64,000 bases of DNA from Sporopachydermia quercuum (taxonomy: Eukaryota), in assembly GCA_001599295.1 (NCBI GenBank), contig BCGN01000001.1, positions 186,001 to 250,000 on the forward strand. The letters are read 5' to 3'. Position 1 is the first letter of the stretch, and each line of letters opens with the position of its first letter. Below, one piece after another: positions 38,951 to 52,905 of the stretch. Made by a program: the position numbers and the translations under genes. Under the pieces are notes generated by a model that did not search any database, was not told where the DNA came from, and worked only from the letters and a program-made list of their open reading frames with translations.

Positions 38951-41714
38951 GCAGAAACAAGTAAAGCATTTTAATGACCAAACAAGAGACGTATTGAGCA
39001 TACCAGAATGGATTCGAAATCAGTGCGTAATGACAAATGTGTGATATTCATTCAATTCTAATTTACGGGGAATTTTAACCCTCTCGATTCGAAATGACTT
39101 CCAGTGTCACGAGTAGAATGTGCCTGAATTCAAACTCATTCAATAAAAAGAAAACTATTCTACTACATTTAGATTTAAGATAATTATTAGTATCAACAGT
39201 AGAAATAAAAGTGAACTGACATAGTTCAGTTACTACTCATCCACTTATTTCCATAATGAACGGGCGCTACTATGTTAAACCAAGCGAAGCACTGTAGATA
39301 AACTCCTATCAACTACCATGCACCTAGATGTAAAATGTAAAATGTAAACATATCTAACAAGATTTATGTTTCTGCCCCGTTGTCGAGGTTTTCTTTATTA
39401 ATAGCCAACAACTACTTCTTTGACTGCCCCCTGCTTTTTCCTAAACAAAGAAGCTTGTATACATCTTATCTCATCATATCTGACATATTCCCAAAAATTA
39501 TTTGCTTATCTTCAATATAGATTCCTAATTGAAATGGAGCTTATCAAATTGTTTGTTTTCTATTCTCCTATGTTGAATTTGTGACCATACTCATAATTTT
39601 CAAATAAAGTTAAGGTTATGGAGCAAAAAATCAATAAACGAAAAATACAGTTTGCCTGGTCACGACAAGTCTCAAAGGTAATGGTGGAATTAACCATAAA
39701 ACCATTAAGAAAAACAAAAAAGAAGTTGATTTATGAATTCGCTACTTATTTGTACCTCCTAAGTTTTCTCCTCTTGCAAAATGATTGTATCTTGTTTTGA
39801 TATTTTTTATTATAATAAACTCAAGCATGGATAGAAGATATAATGTAGACAGAGTTTGAGAAGAATGAAGTCTGGTCCTTTTGACAGAAACTTTAATAAC
39901 AGTTTACTAGACATTATAAAACCTTGGAATTGAGTAGCATGGAACTTTAATTACTTTGAATTGCAATCAATAAAGTTTGATGCTTTCTTTGAGTGAATAT
40001 ATGCTTTCGGTATGAGAGTTTCTCATCAATTGAAACATCTGTTTGTCATGTGAAAACATTCTGTTACCGCAGAAGCACACATTTTAGGTTCTTTATATAT
40101 GGAAATAAGCACTTATTGTTAGATAATTGTTGATAGTAGACAAATTAATGATGTTTTGACCATAAACCTGTGCCCAATGATAACTGACTTCCGCCTTTTC
40201 CCTCTGAAAACAACGCTGACTGGATCAAGAATACTTGTTTGCAAAATTTCCTACTCTTTATTTCATTCTATTCTATTTTATTTTATTTTATTTTATTTAT
40301 TCTCTTCTTTTCCACTATTCTGGTTTTCCTTCAGTTCCGGAATATTCCTTTGAATCTATCGACTTTCAACCAGAGATGACCTTACCCTTCTTGGTACATG
40401 TCATACCATTTACTGAAATGAAAAATATAAAGTTAAGCTTCCTCTGCAAAATAAACTTTTTTCATTCCAATAAAATCCACTAGTAAACAAACCCTATAAT
40501 TAACACCAACCGATGAGGTTGGTACCTCAATGATGAAAGTTTTTTATAAAATCAACACATTTATTTACTAATGAACCGGAATAGCATCCAGGTATGATGT
40601 TCAATAAAGAAACAAAGGATGTATTTGATATAGAAAAGCTCAATAACGCAATAGAATATACCATTTACTAACCCCACAAGATTTGAAAAACATCAAACTT
40701 ATTAAACAGTGTTTGAATCCTTCAATTGAGGAGCGAGTACTTTTAGAGCCCAATTCACATGAGGCTGAAACTTCCCGTAAACGATACCTGCAANTTTCTT
40801 ACCAAAATTGGTAAAGAGAGAAAAAAAAAAACGGGAATTCCTGTTACAAAGAAATGATTTAATGACAATTATTTTTTCCCTTTCATCCTTCAAGAATGCC
40901 ATTGAATGACAGTAATGGTGATGTACCTAACTGTTGACTCATTTCCAAGGGGGCAACGAATGAATAGGATTCCTGGCTATGATATGAGCAATATCAATAA
41001 TGAATGTACGTTTAGATTTTGATAGTAGACAAGTTTGATTTCCTCTTTTACCACCGTAAAATACTCGAGATGCTACATAGAGCGACTTTTTTTTACAGTT
41101 CTATTTATATCCCCCAACGGTCCAACTTTTTACGTCTTAAGAAAGAGCTAACAGTATTATTTCTCTCAATTTATCACTATCATTTCAATTGGAGCATTGT
41201 AATTGTTGATTGATGGCAAAGTATCTGGACCTGGATATTCTTCTATATATATAATTGAATTAGCAACACCAACAACTGTAGAACATAGTTCTATAAACTC
41301 AATAGACATTTGATTCAATAAACGAAACCAATGCAAAATAGTAGTCCTGGTTTTTATAGTTCCTATCCTGTGGAGAGTTTATCTGTACACGTAGTGATTG
41401 TAAAAACGAGAGGAAAAATGTATTAGAAGTAGGTAATACGTAAAAATACACTAAGTAGCGTCGTCTAAACAAAGGCTAAGTAATATAAAAAGAATCAAAT
41501 CCCCCTATATTGTTTGGTTTTTTTTAAACTTAATCATTCGCTTTCTCTTCTCTTTGGTTTTTCTCTAGTTTTTCCTTTTCTTCTCCTTATATTGAAGATA
41601 TATTTAGGCAACTGTTAGATTAAATTGCTTTGATTCTAAGTATTCTTTATAAATTGTCGTTAATTTTTATCTCTGAACAGATAACCCATTTCTTCATCAC
41701 TATCCTTATCAAAC

Positions 41715-42033
41715 ATGTCTGAAGTAAGTTCTTTTTGTGACGTTGTTCCTGTAGCAATGTGCTAGGACGAGTTTGTTTATAGATTACTAACAAATTTAAT
41801 AGACTGCTCCTAAGGTGGAAGAAACTGTCAACAACGCTGAGGAAGTTGCAAAGACTGAAGTTGAGACCCCTACCGAAGCTGTTGCTGAATCAACTGGAGC
41901 TGTCACTGAAACAGTTGAAACCCCCGCTGCTGAAACCCCTGCTGAAACTCCTGCTGCACCAGAAGAAAAGACTTCCATTCTCAAGAAGATTACTAACAGC
42001 TTGAAGAAGCTCGTCAAGTCTGTCACCAAATAA
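41715..42033 (+). CDS. 79-aa acidic protein with basic amphipathic C-terminal helix (Zeo1-like), 2 exons
   Basis: Exon 1 41715-41723 (MSE); intron 41724-41802 GTAAGT..TACTAAC..TAG; exon 2 41803-42033. E/T/A/P-rich body ending SILKKITNSLKKLVKSVTK; biased codons (GCT, ACT, AAG). Confidence 0.85.
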
Positions 42034-44101
42034 GCAATTTGAATGAAAAATATGGCAAGTTCATTCATTCAAGCTCAACGAGATGTACTATACTTTCACC
42101 ATGACAATTTCTATTACTACTCTTACAATTTTTAACCATAATATTTAACTTTACCAGTAATCGTGTTTGATTATTGAACCAATGAATTGTCTGCTAATGT
42201 ACTTTTATTTGCTAGTATTACGATAGAGTTTCCATTCGTTTATTCTACCAGTAACTCTTATGTACTATTTGTAATACGATTTTCTACATTATAGAGTCAA
42301 TCCTTTCTAAGCTTCAGTCCAATTTGTGTAGATTGGAATGAAGATAACTACTTTCGGACTATTCCACTACTGGTTACTAGGAATTTGCACGACAGTTTGT
42401 ACATGATTTATTTTTCTCTCGCTCTTTTCTAATAGCAATTTGTCACTAATGATACCATACCCAAAAAAGCAAAATTCTTTTGAAACGTCATTCTTGCAGC
42501 TTCAAAAGTACATGATCGTGTCTTTGTTTTTCTTTTGCTGAAGTCGTATATCGTTTTGGTTGAAACCACTGACCATTGCTACAATTATCAACTCATTCAT
42601 GTGAATGAAGATAGTTAACTGTAGGTTAGCATTCATTTAAAAGGTCATATTTTTCATTATCAGTAACTCACTGATTGTTAAATTTGATGTATAACAATCT
42701 AAGCATCTAGTTTTTCTAGTTTTTCTAGTTTTCCCAACTTTGGAACAAATTCACCAACTATGCAAGTGTCTGCCGGGTTTTAGTTACTAGTCAGATTAAC
42801 ATCGTGTTGCTAGTTAATAATTATCTCAATTATTATCATTTTTATAAATACACTAGATTTCCAAAGAATATATTCTGTAGGATGAGATGCTAAAGTTATG
42901 TTATACTATCGATCAGATTGGAAATATCACGCATGTCGTCTGTTCAGATAAAATCACACCCCATTCCCAAGCCGTCAGTCCGATTATCGCTGAAGTCAGA
43001 ATTAAATCACCATATTGTAGTTGTAACTTCATGAATATCTCCATACTAATTCCTTTATTTGAGTCAAAAATCTACAATGATATGAACGTTATAGATCCAA
43101 TAACACACATCGCATTCTGACATCCTGTGCAAGAAGTGTCATTAACCAATAGTGTCTATTGCTATCTCACTCCTTCTTCAAATGATCACTCAACTAACAA
43201 TTCCTTCAAAATAGACTTTATATGGGTATATCTTTGTCAGACGTGAATAATACCTTACAATAGAAAAAAAAAATTTCTGTAAATCCATTTGACCATAATA
43301 TGAACAATTTATTCACCACGATCATTACTCCATTTTTCCCCATTGAAACGTAATTAATAGAAGAGCCACAAAGAATTATTAATAGACTGATTCCACATAC
43401 ATGGTACACACATCACACATACTTACTTTATTCAATTCACTCTGTTCTCTCAATCAAGTAATCACATTGCCATTTGTTTTATACAATAGAGCCCTATACT
43501 TACCTATGACTATCATCCACTTTTACTTAGAAAAGAAATATTTTTAAAAGTCACTGCTCTTTCTCATAATACTAAATATTTTTGTCTTCTTTTCACACAA
43601 TATCTTCATCAATAAGAAAAATCAAATTCTGATTGTTGATAATCATTTGTGTTTAGACTTTTTTGTTTTCTCTGTCACAGTTGCGGCAAACCTTACTACA
43701 TCTGACGCCCGCTATTTCCCATTACTTTTTTCTTTGCCCTCTGTTGTCATTCCCCTTTTAAAAATCTTTCTCCCAATCAATGAAATAAGATAAAAGGAAT
43801 ACTGGGAAACAAAGAATAGAAATAAAGGCTAGATATTAATTATACACAGAAGGGAAAAGTGGGACTGTATAATACAGCATAAGTAATTGATTAGCAGTTA
43901 ATATCAGATACACTACATCGATTGGCTGAATCAACCATATTACAACGTTTCACACAAATAAGCTAAGTAAATCAGTGATTGACAAAAAAAGCAGTTGACG
44001 AAAAAGAGCACCAGTAAACTAATTGTATTGTGTTCTTGATTAACTAGGAACAAACGATCTCGACTTTCAAGTGAGAAGAGCGATTCATTATTTTTTAACT
44101 G

Positions 44102-44125
44102 TTGATTGATTGATTGATTGATTGA
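44102..44125. repeat. (TTGA)6 tetranucleotide microsatellite upstream of HRR25
   Basis: ttgattgattgattgattgattga. Confidence 0.9.
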
Positions 44126-44567
44126 GAAAAGGAATCGACTAATCGCATGGTGGGCATTTGATGATCTCATAATTTATATGGGACTGAAAATAATACAAAC
44201 ACTTCTCTGATATTTATTTTATAACCATCAAATAACATTAATCAAAGTTAAGGCATTAATACTTTTTTTATTTTAATTTTTCTCTCTCTATTTTTCATTA
44301 TTATCTGAATACACTGTATCTTGATAGTACTGATAATTTGAGCTTTNATATTTGGAGTACGGGAGATTTCGGGATAGGGAACAACACACATTTGCAAAGC
44401 ACATCAACGACAGAGATAGAAAGTCAAAACTAAGACAATTTTATCTGTGATAATTCACTGTTTTATTCAACTACATCGACTCTTTTCCGCTCTTTCGTTA
44501 GTTTTATGGCGGGTCACTATTTGGGCAATTTGGACAAGAACTAATTCATAAACAAAATTAAGTAAGA

Positions 44568-46129
44568 ATGGCATCGAATAATATGGCTATGGATCTTCGT
44601 GTTGGAAGAAAATACAGAATTGGCAGAAAGATTGGAAGTGGGTCTTTCGGTGATATTTATCTAGGTAAGTAATAGTTGGATAGGATCGGAGTTTTTTGAA
44701 ACTATTCATTCTTCTTGAGCCAAAAAGAAAAAGTACTAACTTATCTATTTCAGGAACAAATATAATTTCTGGTGAAGAAGTTGCAATCAAGTTGGAACAT
44801 GTCAGGGCAAAGCATCCTCAGTTGGAGTATGAGGCTAAGGTTTATCGTGCTCTCAGTGGTGGCATAGGCATCCCTTTCGTTCGCTGGTATGGTACTGAAT
44901 GTGACTATAATGCTATGGTCATTGATCTTTTGGGTCCATCTTTAGAAGACCTTTTCAATTACTGCAATCGAAAATTCTCATACAAAACTGTGTTACTATT
45001 AGCAGATCAATTATTATGTCGTATCGAATATATTCATGCTCGATGCTTTATTCATCGCGATATTAAGCCTGACAATTTTCTCATGGGCATTGGAAAACGA
45101 GGAAATCAAGTCAACATCATTGATTTCGGTTTAGCCAAAAAGTTCCGTGATCCTAGAACTCATTTGCATATTCCTTATCGTGAAAATAAGAATTTAACTG
45201 GTACTGCAAGATATGCAAGTATTAATACTCATTTAGGTATTGAACAGTCTCGGAGGGATGATTTAGAATCGTTAGGATATGTCTTGATTTATTTCTGCAG
45301 AGGTTCTTTACCGTGGCAAGGATTGAAAGCTATCACAAAGAAACAAAAGTATGATCGGATCATGGAAAGAAAAATGTGCACATCAGCTGAAATGTTGGCA
45401 AGAGGGTTACCTAGAGAATTTGCTACCTATTTAACTTATTGTCGCAGCTTGAGGTTTGAAGATCGCCCCGATTATAATTACCTCCGTAGAATTTTTAGGG
45501 ATTTATTTATTAGAGATGAGTTTCAATACGATTACGTTTTTGACTGGACAATTTTCAAGTATCAACAATTGAAACAGAAGGCAAATTCAGGTGCAATTAC
45601 TGGTAATAATGGTAATGATAACGAAAATAGCAAGAATTCTAACAACCCTGCCAATATTGAGAACAACAATAATCCCGGCAACAACGCAATTAATAATAAC
45701 ATTAGCTCCAACACAAATCCCAATAACAATAATATGAATGAAAGAGAATACCGTTCCAGATTGGATGAAATTCGATCTTTGTTACCCCCATCGAAAGATG
45801 AACAAATTGTCATGAACCGACACAATGATCAAGAGATCACTGGTGAGCTGAGAATGAACGCTTTCGAAGGTAGAACTGACGACGCGAAGAGTCAGCTACC
45901 CAATTCATATGGTGGAGATCCTTCAATTCTTAAGGCTAGTGGCGCGGAAAGTGGTGGTCAACAACAAAGCAATATCTATGGAAATAAGAACGCTTTTGTT
46001 CTTCCAAACACATCTCCCTATAAGAATAAGCTTTATAAAACGCCAGCGGCTAGTGGAAACTCAGCTAATATGAATTCAGCCATGCTGGACATTCACGGTG
46101 TGAATAAAGTACAAAATGAGGAGTTGTAG
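44568..46129 (+). CDS. HRR25: Casein kinase I delta/epsilon-type, 2 exons
   Basis: Exon 1 44568-44664 (..[26 protein letters not shown]); intron 44665-44753 [37 protein letters not shown]; Asn-rich tail; no terminal CC as in Yck1/2. Confidence 0.96.
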
Positions 46130-47336
46130 TCACACCTAGGAAACAACTTTGAGACAAATTGGTTTTCAGTAACACAATTCATTTTATTCTATCAATGATG
46201 CAGAGTTTATTGCTATTTGGAAATATGGAAGTACGGGATAAACTTGAATAATCTTGAAGATATGTTTATTTGGAGAACCAATACACATATACGGGAACAT
46301 TTGAACAAGTGAGATGAAACTTAAGAATATACTTAATTGACTGGTTTCAATTGACTAATCAATCTCCAAACATATTGATAGAATCAGCAGTCATTTCCTG
46401 TTGTTAAGAGTAGAAAGAAACCTCTTACGCGGAAAATTTAATCAATAAAACACCAATAGTTGATAGTACTTACACTAAGAGAATGCAAACTGCTTTGTGC
46501 TTGACAAAGCCAGAATAAAATGAACTTTGAAGTTTTTTTGCTAAAATTTCCTGTTTTCTTTGATCACACTCACCAAAAGTTGCATCTATTTTTATAACCA
46601 CGTTTGTCTACTATTATACTATACCATTATTTTACATTAGCCGTCATTATTAGTGATATAATAAGCGCAGTTTCATAGGTTTTGCTCCTTTTATGTTTCT
46701 AATATTTATGGGTGGGTTTATGATTGTTTCTTCTGTTGTTTTTATAATTTTTCTTTTTTCGTCTCTTTAGCTAGAATCTCATTTGTTATTTCTATATTTT
46801 ATTGTAGGGTAGACTCCTCTTGTCGTTGTGAGTCATTTCCTCAGTTTCTACTATCATAAACGCCAGCTATTCCAGAAGACTTTTCACTCCAAGCTATCAT
46901 CAGTCTGACGAACTTAGTGATACAATGTCCCATATTAGATGGCTAGAACTATTTTCATATCACCAAGCTTGACAGTGAATCTCGGACCTTTGATTTCCAA
47001 AACTTTTTACAATCCGGAAAATAAAACCTGCGAAAAGGGTCTGAAATATTAGTAATGCTAGAAAGAAAGTTACGATTCATAAGTGCGAGTAGTAGCTGAA
47101 TCAAATCAGAACCCTAATAGAAAGGGAGACTGAGTTGGAAAATTGGGGAAACTGTTTGATGTATTGATTATTTCAATAGTAGTTTNCAAATGCTTTGTAG
47201 TGCGATTCATCTAGTTAGTCGATAAGCTGACTGTCAATTGAGCCTGGGTAACAACTATTGTTAATTATAATAATTGTATTTCAAATCGCATAAAGCTAGG
47301 GGTATAAACAAAAAGCAGATTACATAAGCATTGACC

Positions 47337-48662
47337 ATGGCAAATCATTTGGCTAAGAAGTTTGGGGAAGATGTGTTCAACTATTTTGGTGGAAGCCCAA
47401 TCAATAGATTATCTTTTCTAAGAACTAACTATGAATTTTTGAACAAAGCATATCGACATCCAGGAACCAGGTTTGTTGCTTTCCGGGGTGCTAATTTTAC
47501 AGTAGCGTATTCTAAGCATGTTCCAAATCAAAATCAAAATGTTCTCGGTTGTGAAAGACATGATACTATGATTGGTCGTCATACTTGCGGTGGACTTCAT
47601 TATCTAAGTACAGAAGAAGTAGTACCGGTGCTGGGATATCCTTTTGATAAAGATGAAGATACTACTATCATGGAGTGGAGCAGTAATTTATTTTACCCTC
47701 ATCTTGTTTTTTTAGGAATTGATGAAACTGTCACTGATGAGAAACAGGTAATGAGTTATTCAAATATCAATTCCAGAACGAAGAAGGAACACAAATACAC
47801 TGGTCAGGCATACTTTGCAGTTGATCTTTCTGACGTGGAAGCTGCAAAATACGATAATGAAGAAAATGTCCAGGACAGTTTGAATGAATTGTTGAAATCT
47901 CTAAAGAAAGCTGAGGTAGAGTTCTACCCTGCTCAGTTCATGTCATTGGATTTCGAAAATGGAGAAGCTAGTATTTTTGCCCATGCTAGAGCATATCTTG
48001 ATTGGATCAAAAGAAACAGGTTCTGTCCTGGTTGTGGTAACCCTCATATGTTAGTTAATGGTGGAAACAAGCTATTGTGTGTGAAAAGTCATCAAGAATG
48101 GATCGAATCTGACAAAAAGGTTATCAAATGCCCCACTGTGAATCAAGTCAGTAATACTTCTTTCCCAAGGACCGATACTGTGATTATTGTAAGTGTATTG
48201 AACCATGATGCCTCTAAGATTCTTCTTGGTCATAATGCCAGGTTTCCTGAAAAATTGTATACATGCATAGCAGGATTCATTGAGCCTAGTGAATGTATTG
48301 AAGATGCTGTTAAGCGAGAGGTTTGGGAAGAAACCGGGGTTGAAGTTGATAAGGTCATTGTTCATTCTACTCAACCGTGGCCTTATCCAGCTAACCTGAT
48401 GATTGGATGTGTTGCACAAGTAAATGAGGATAATTGGGTGGCAAAAGAAACAGTGAACTTAGATCATGATAAGGAGTTAGCAGATGCCAAGTGGTTTGAA
48501 TTTAATGACGTGAAAGATGCTTTGAAGTTATCTGTTGGATTGAAAGATCAAGTTAAAGACCCCGATAATGTACCATTACATGTCCCTAATGCTACTGCAA
48601 TTGCTCATACTCTTATTGATGCTATCGTCAACAAGAAGGTTCATGTGCAAAGTAACTTGTAG
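47337..48662 (+). CDS. NPY1: NADH pyrophosphatase (NudC-type Nudix), probably peroxisomal
   Basis: RFCPGCG zinc ribbon, FPRTD, Nudix box AGFIEPSECIEDAVKREVWEETG, QPWPYPANLMIG; C-terminal SNL (PTS1 variant). Confidence 0.92.
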   Translation: MANHLAKKFGEDVFNYFGGSPINRLSFLRTNYEFLNKAYRHPGTRFVAFRGANFTVAYSKHVPNQNQNVLGCERHDTMIGRHTCGGLHYLSTEEVVPVLGYPFDKDEDTTIMEWSSNLFYPHLVFLGIDETVTDEKQVMSYSNINSRTKKEHKYTGQAYFAVDLSDVEAAKYDNEENVQDSLNELLKSLKKAEVEFYPAQFMSLDFENGEASIFAHARAYLDWIKRNRFCPGCGNPHMLVNGGNKLLCVKSHQEWIESDKKVIKCPTVNQVSNTSFPRTDTVIIVSVLNHDASKILLGHNARFPEKLYTCIAGFIEPSECIEDAVKREVWEETGVEVDKVIVHSTQPWPYPANLMIGCVAQVNEDNWVAKETVNLDHDKELADAKWFEFNDVKDALKLSVGLKDQVKDPDNVPLHVPNATAIAHTLIDAIVNKKVHVQSNL

Positions 48663-48760
48663 GTCAACAGAATGTATAATACATAATATGTAAACCTGAG
48701 AAAACCATAATAGAATCTACATATATAAAGGCAATACAATTTATTATCTTTACATGTCTA

Positions 48761-49834
48761 TCATTCAAAGTATTGGCTGTTGAAGTACACATAGGATTTG
48801 ATAAGTACAGAGTTCACTAAACAGTAGAGCCAGTATCCCAATTGAGTTTTCCAAGGTAAGCTAGTAATTCTAGAGTAATTCTGAAATGTTTCATGGTCAG
48901 GGTTAGCAATCATCTCTCTCAATATATCAGGTGAATCCGTAACACAGCCAGAGAATGAATTACCGATACAGTACTTCATCATCGATTTATCGTTCACGGT
49001 CCAAGAGTATATATCTGTATCATGTTCATGTAAATACAATATAAACTTAGCGCCACTTTGACCCCATAAAGCAAACTGAAGCATAGAAATACCAGAAACA
49101 ACTGTTCCTTCTTTTGTTAATTCGGTGTTCAAGAACAATTTTGCGTAGTCAGGGTTTACACCAATGTGAATCAATTGCCATTCATTTGAAGGAAAATACT
49201 TCCCGATTTCCCTTAAGTAAGGTAAAGACCATATACCAATAATAAGACGGTCTTTCCAAAACTGAAACGGTTTGGTATTCAAGTCTGTATCAGTTGTTAG
49301 CAACTCAAACAATAATTTCAAAGATACGATGGGAACAGTCCACTTAATATCAATCATAAGTTTCACATCATTGTCAACATATAAAGGATTATTGATCACT
49401 TTAAGCAGAGCTTCCTTCAGCAAAGGCATATGCTGTACTGGTTCTCTAACTGTTCTTAATCCCCTCAGTATAGGCTCATAATTATTTTCTTCGATTATCA
49501 GATTTTCACCAAAGCATCGTTGAGTATTAGCATCATGGCTGATCACTAGCAAATTGTCCTTAGATACGTGAATATCTAATTCAACTACTTGGGCTCCAGC
49601 TTTAACTGATTCGTCAAATGACAGAATTGTATTTTCAGGAAACTCTCTTCGAAATCTGTTTGATGTCAGGTTAGGACAAATACGTCAAATAGTATAACAA
49701 TTTAATGGAACAGCATATGACACGTACCCTCTATGTCCAATATTCAACAACTGACGCTTCAACCCGGCTACCAATGGCGTGGTCTCGTTTGATTGCAATT
49801 GCGTAGTGCTTTCAGATTTGACACTAGGATACAT
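48761..49834 (-). CDS. PGC1: Glycerophosphodiester phosphodiesterase, Pgc1-like phosphatidylglycerol phospholipase C, 2 exons
   Basis: Exon 1 49834-49728; intron 49727-49656 (GTACGT..CCTAAC..CAG); exon 2 49655-48761. Splicing restores IGHRGFRREFPENT..VELDIH.SKD.LLVISHD; also WTVND, TDSP and a hydrophobic C-terminus. Confidence 0.85.
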
Positions 49835-50835
49835 GGCGATTCAATACTTATTATGGCTCTCTCCGGTTCTACAGAAAAGAGATAACAATAATCTCTCAAT
49901 TGCTGACGGAATACAATCAAATTTTCATACCAGTCTGACAAATTTACACTAACAGCAAACAGACAACAAAAACAGATGAACATCCTCTATAACAAACATA
50001 TAATATAGACAGTCTTTGATGTCGATTCTCGTTCAGGCGGACCAAATGGAGTTAATGGCACATAACAATGTACAACGAAAATAGACTTTCTCTTGATATC
50101 ATTCTTACGTTGGTAAGTTTGGTAATGATAGTACTATTATATCCGCTATCATTATTTCGGTACGATTGCTTACGTATGTTCACAAGGATTATTTCTCTTT
50201 ACAAGGCCAAAGTCACGTGTTATTTGAAGGTTCCAATTTCATCTCAAAAACAGACCGCCAATTTGAAACGAGATGCAAAGTATTATATCTTTCGCTTTTC
50301 TTGGTTCAACACAGATATCCTTCTCTGTTCATCTTTTTAACGAGTTGTGTGTACAGGTATTATCATGAAGCGATAAATGACAGATAGAGATTATATGAGT
50401 TATATGAGGAGAACCTGATTTATTGTTGGTACTACAAAACTGTTGTGATTTAGTGTTGATAGATTTTGGATTGAAATTGGGCAGACGTTCGGAGAAAGAA
50501 AAGGAATACAATGATACTTTGAAGATCATAAATCATTCACATAGAAATTAGCAAATAGTATTGGGCATTCGACAGTATATCTTTCGTTCATTACATTTAC
50601 TAGTCAAACAGATACTATACAAACAATAGTAGAGTAACTCTGAGTTACCCAAGAGCTTTAACACATCAGCAGCATCCAGTATATCTGGTTCGTTCTTTTT
50701 GATAGTACTAGAAGAGCAGGGCAAGGAATTATTCGAAAGTAAGAAATACCATACATTTTCTTTCCATAGTTTGAAACAGGAATTATTGTATCCACATAGC
50801 GTCAGCCTTTCTCAATTTCAACAATAATTCCAAAA

Positions 50836-52536
50836 ATGTCTAAACGGGTTAGGACGACTAATAACAGTAAGTATTACCTTTGTTTGATTCTAATCCATCT
50901 ATTTGTTTCAGACGTTCTACTCATCTTGTTTCATTGATTTATCTCTATCGCACCTTCTTTTCTGTTGTACACACAACGACTATTATTTTATTCCGTTTTG
51001 CTGAGGGAAGTAAGATTGACGTTAATCAACTTCATGTTAAATGAGTAGAATACGTGGATAACTGAGATAGTTGAGATAGTAAGTCGAATGATCAGCAATA
51101 CATTTTTAGGCTGTCAGGCATGGATGACAAGAGAAAAAGATTAAGAAGCTAACGGTTACCTTTATTGAATTTTCAGACAATGGATTAAGAATAGATGCAA
51201 ATATTCGTAAACAGGTATTTGGAGACTACAAGAAATCAATTAGTTCATCACATGTTAATACGAAAGGGGAAACTGATGATGGAAACAGTAAAACGATTGT
51301 TTGGAAAGAATTCGGGAGTTATATTGATCAGCTTGGTATGATTTTGATTTTCTGTTCTTTATGTCTATCTTCAATAAGTTTCTTCTATCCTTGGGTTGGA
51401 AATTTCTTTTTCAATGTTGGCTCCCCATTTCTCTACCTCTCTCTTAATCCACTGTAAGACTATTGATATTTATGCTAACCATTTAAGAACATACATCGGC
51501 AAAAGTTGATTATGCAGCTCCCTCAATAACAAGTGGTAAAACTGGCGTGCCAGGTAAGACACTTCCTCAAAACAACACCCTAAGTGCTCCTCTTGATTAT
51601 AGAATATGCAACCACTGCGGCAAACCTATCCTAAAAAGCAGTTTTTCCAACCATTTGGATTATTGCCTCTCTAAGAAGGATAAACCTTCACATACAAAGT
51701 ATTTACGGAAATCAGTTCAAGGTAAACCCGCGCCAACACCAACGCCTGATCCTCAGCCTGATATTACTCCTACTGCTACTCCTGAAAAGGAGATTAAGAA
51801 GATGGGTACAACAAAGAAAAGGAAGAAGGCAGCAACTGAAGGAAACAAAGAGCTCGCTACAGGGACTGCTAAACCTAAAAAGAAAAAGGCAAAAGCAGCT
51901 CCAAAGATCAAAGGACCAGTGGATGTTGAGAGACAATGTGGTGTGCCTTTACCGAATGGTGGATTCTGCGCTCGTTCTTTGACCTGTAAAACACATTCGA
52001 TGGGAGCCAAAAGAGCAGTTCCCGGTCGTTCTGCTCCTTACGATGTATTGCTAGCTAATTATCAACGTAAAAATCAAGTTAAGCTTGCGTCATTGTCAAC
52101 AGCTCAGCAGCTGGCTTCGGAAAATGAAGAACATGGAGTTGCCTTAACTGAAGAAGAAGAAGTTCAACAAGTTTTAGATGGCATCAATAGATCAAAACCA
52201 TTCCCTCTGGAACCCCCCAAAGTGATTGTTCCTACTGCCGTAAAGACCAGGTTTTTCCGAATGAGGGAAATGTTTTCTAGTGCATTATTACCAAGGATTA
52301 ATGCTGGAAGTCCTGCTGTGTTTGGTGGTATTTTATCCAGGTCAGCATTTGTTGATGTCAATAAACCCAATTCATTGATATTCCGAAACAGGCCTATAAT
52401 GACACCGCAACAGTTGCAACAGCAACAGGAAGCAAATGCTAGAGCTCAAGCTCAGGCTAGAGCACATGCACAGGCTCAAGCCCATGCGCAATTGCAAGCT
52501 CAGAATCAATTAAGCCATCAACAAACATCGACGTAA
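50836..52536 (+). CDS. SGF73: SAGA deubiquitination module subunit (ataxin-7/SCA7), 3 exons
   Basis: Exons 50836-50866, 51177-51335, 51488(or 51518)-52536; zinc finger CNHCGKP...HLDYC; SCA7 domain PVDVERQCGVPLPNGGFCARSLTCKTHSMGAKRAVPGRS. Confidence 0.92.
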
Positions 52537-52905
52537 TTTTGTTGCAGCTCATATTCACATTTAACTACATGTTATCAACAGTGAAATTATCTAAATAAGA
52601 TTGTCCCCGCATCCAATTATGTTCATACTCTCTATCTTTCTTTTTTGCAATTATTTAAGCAGGTCTTAATATAAGGCATCAAGCCATCATCTCTGATCAT
52701 ATTTCGTTTTGTTTTTCATATCTCCCCCTATGATGAAACTAACCATGTATTATTTATATTTACCATATACTTTCAACCGTAGTACAACCATGTACTTCTA
52801 TCATCACTACATATTAACATACTACTGATATCCATATTAAACAATATTCACAAGCATATGCTATACTTCTCGCTTCCTGTTAGTTCATCATTAATCACTT
52901 CATAT

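Noticed and set aside
43496..43505. U1 snRNA 5' end (ATACTTACCT)
   Set aside because: No following stem I with a GATCA loop and no recognisable U1 structure; better read as a minus-strand donor
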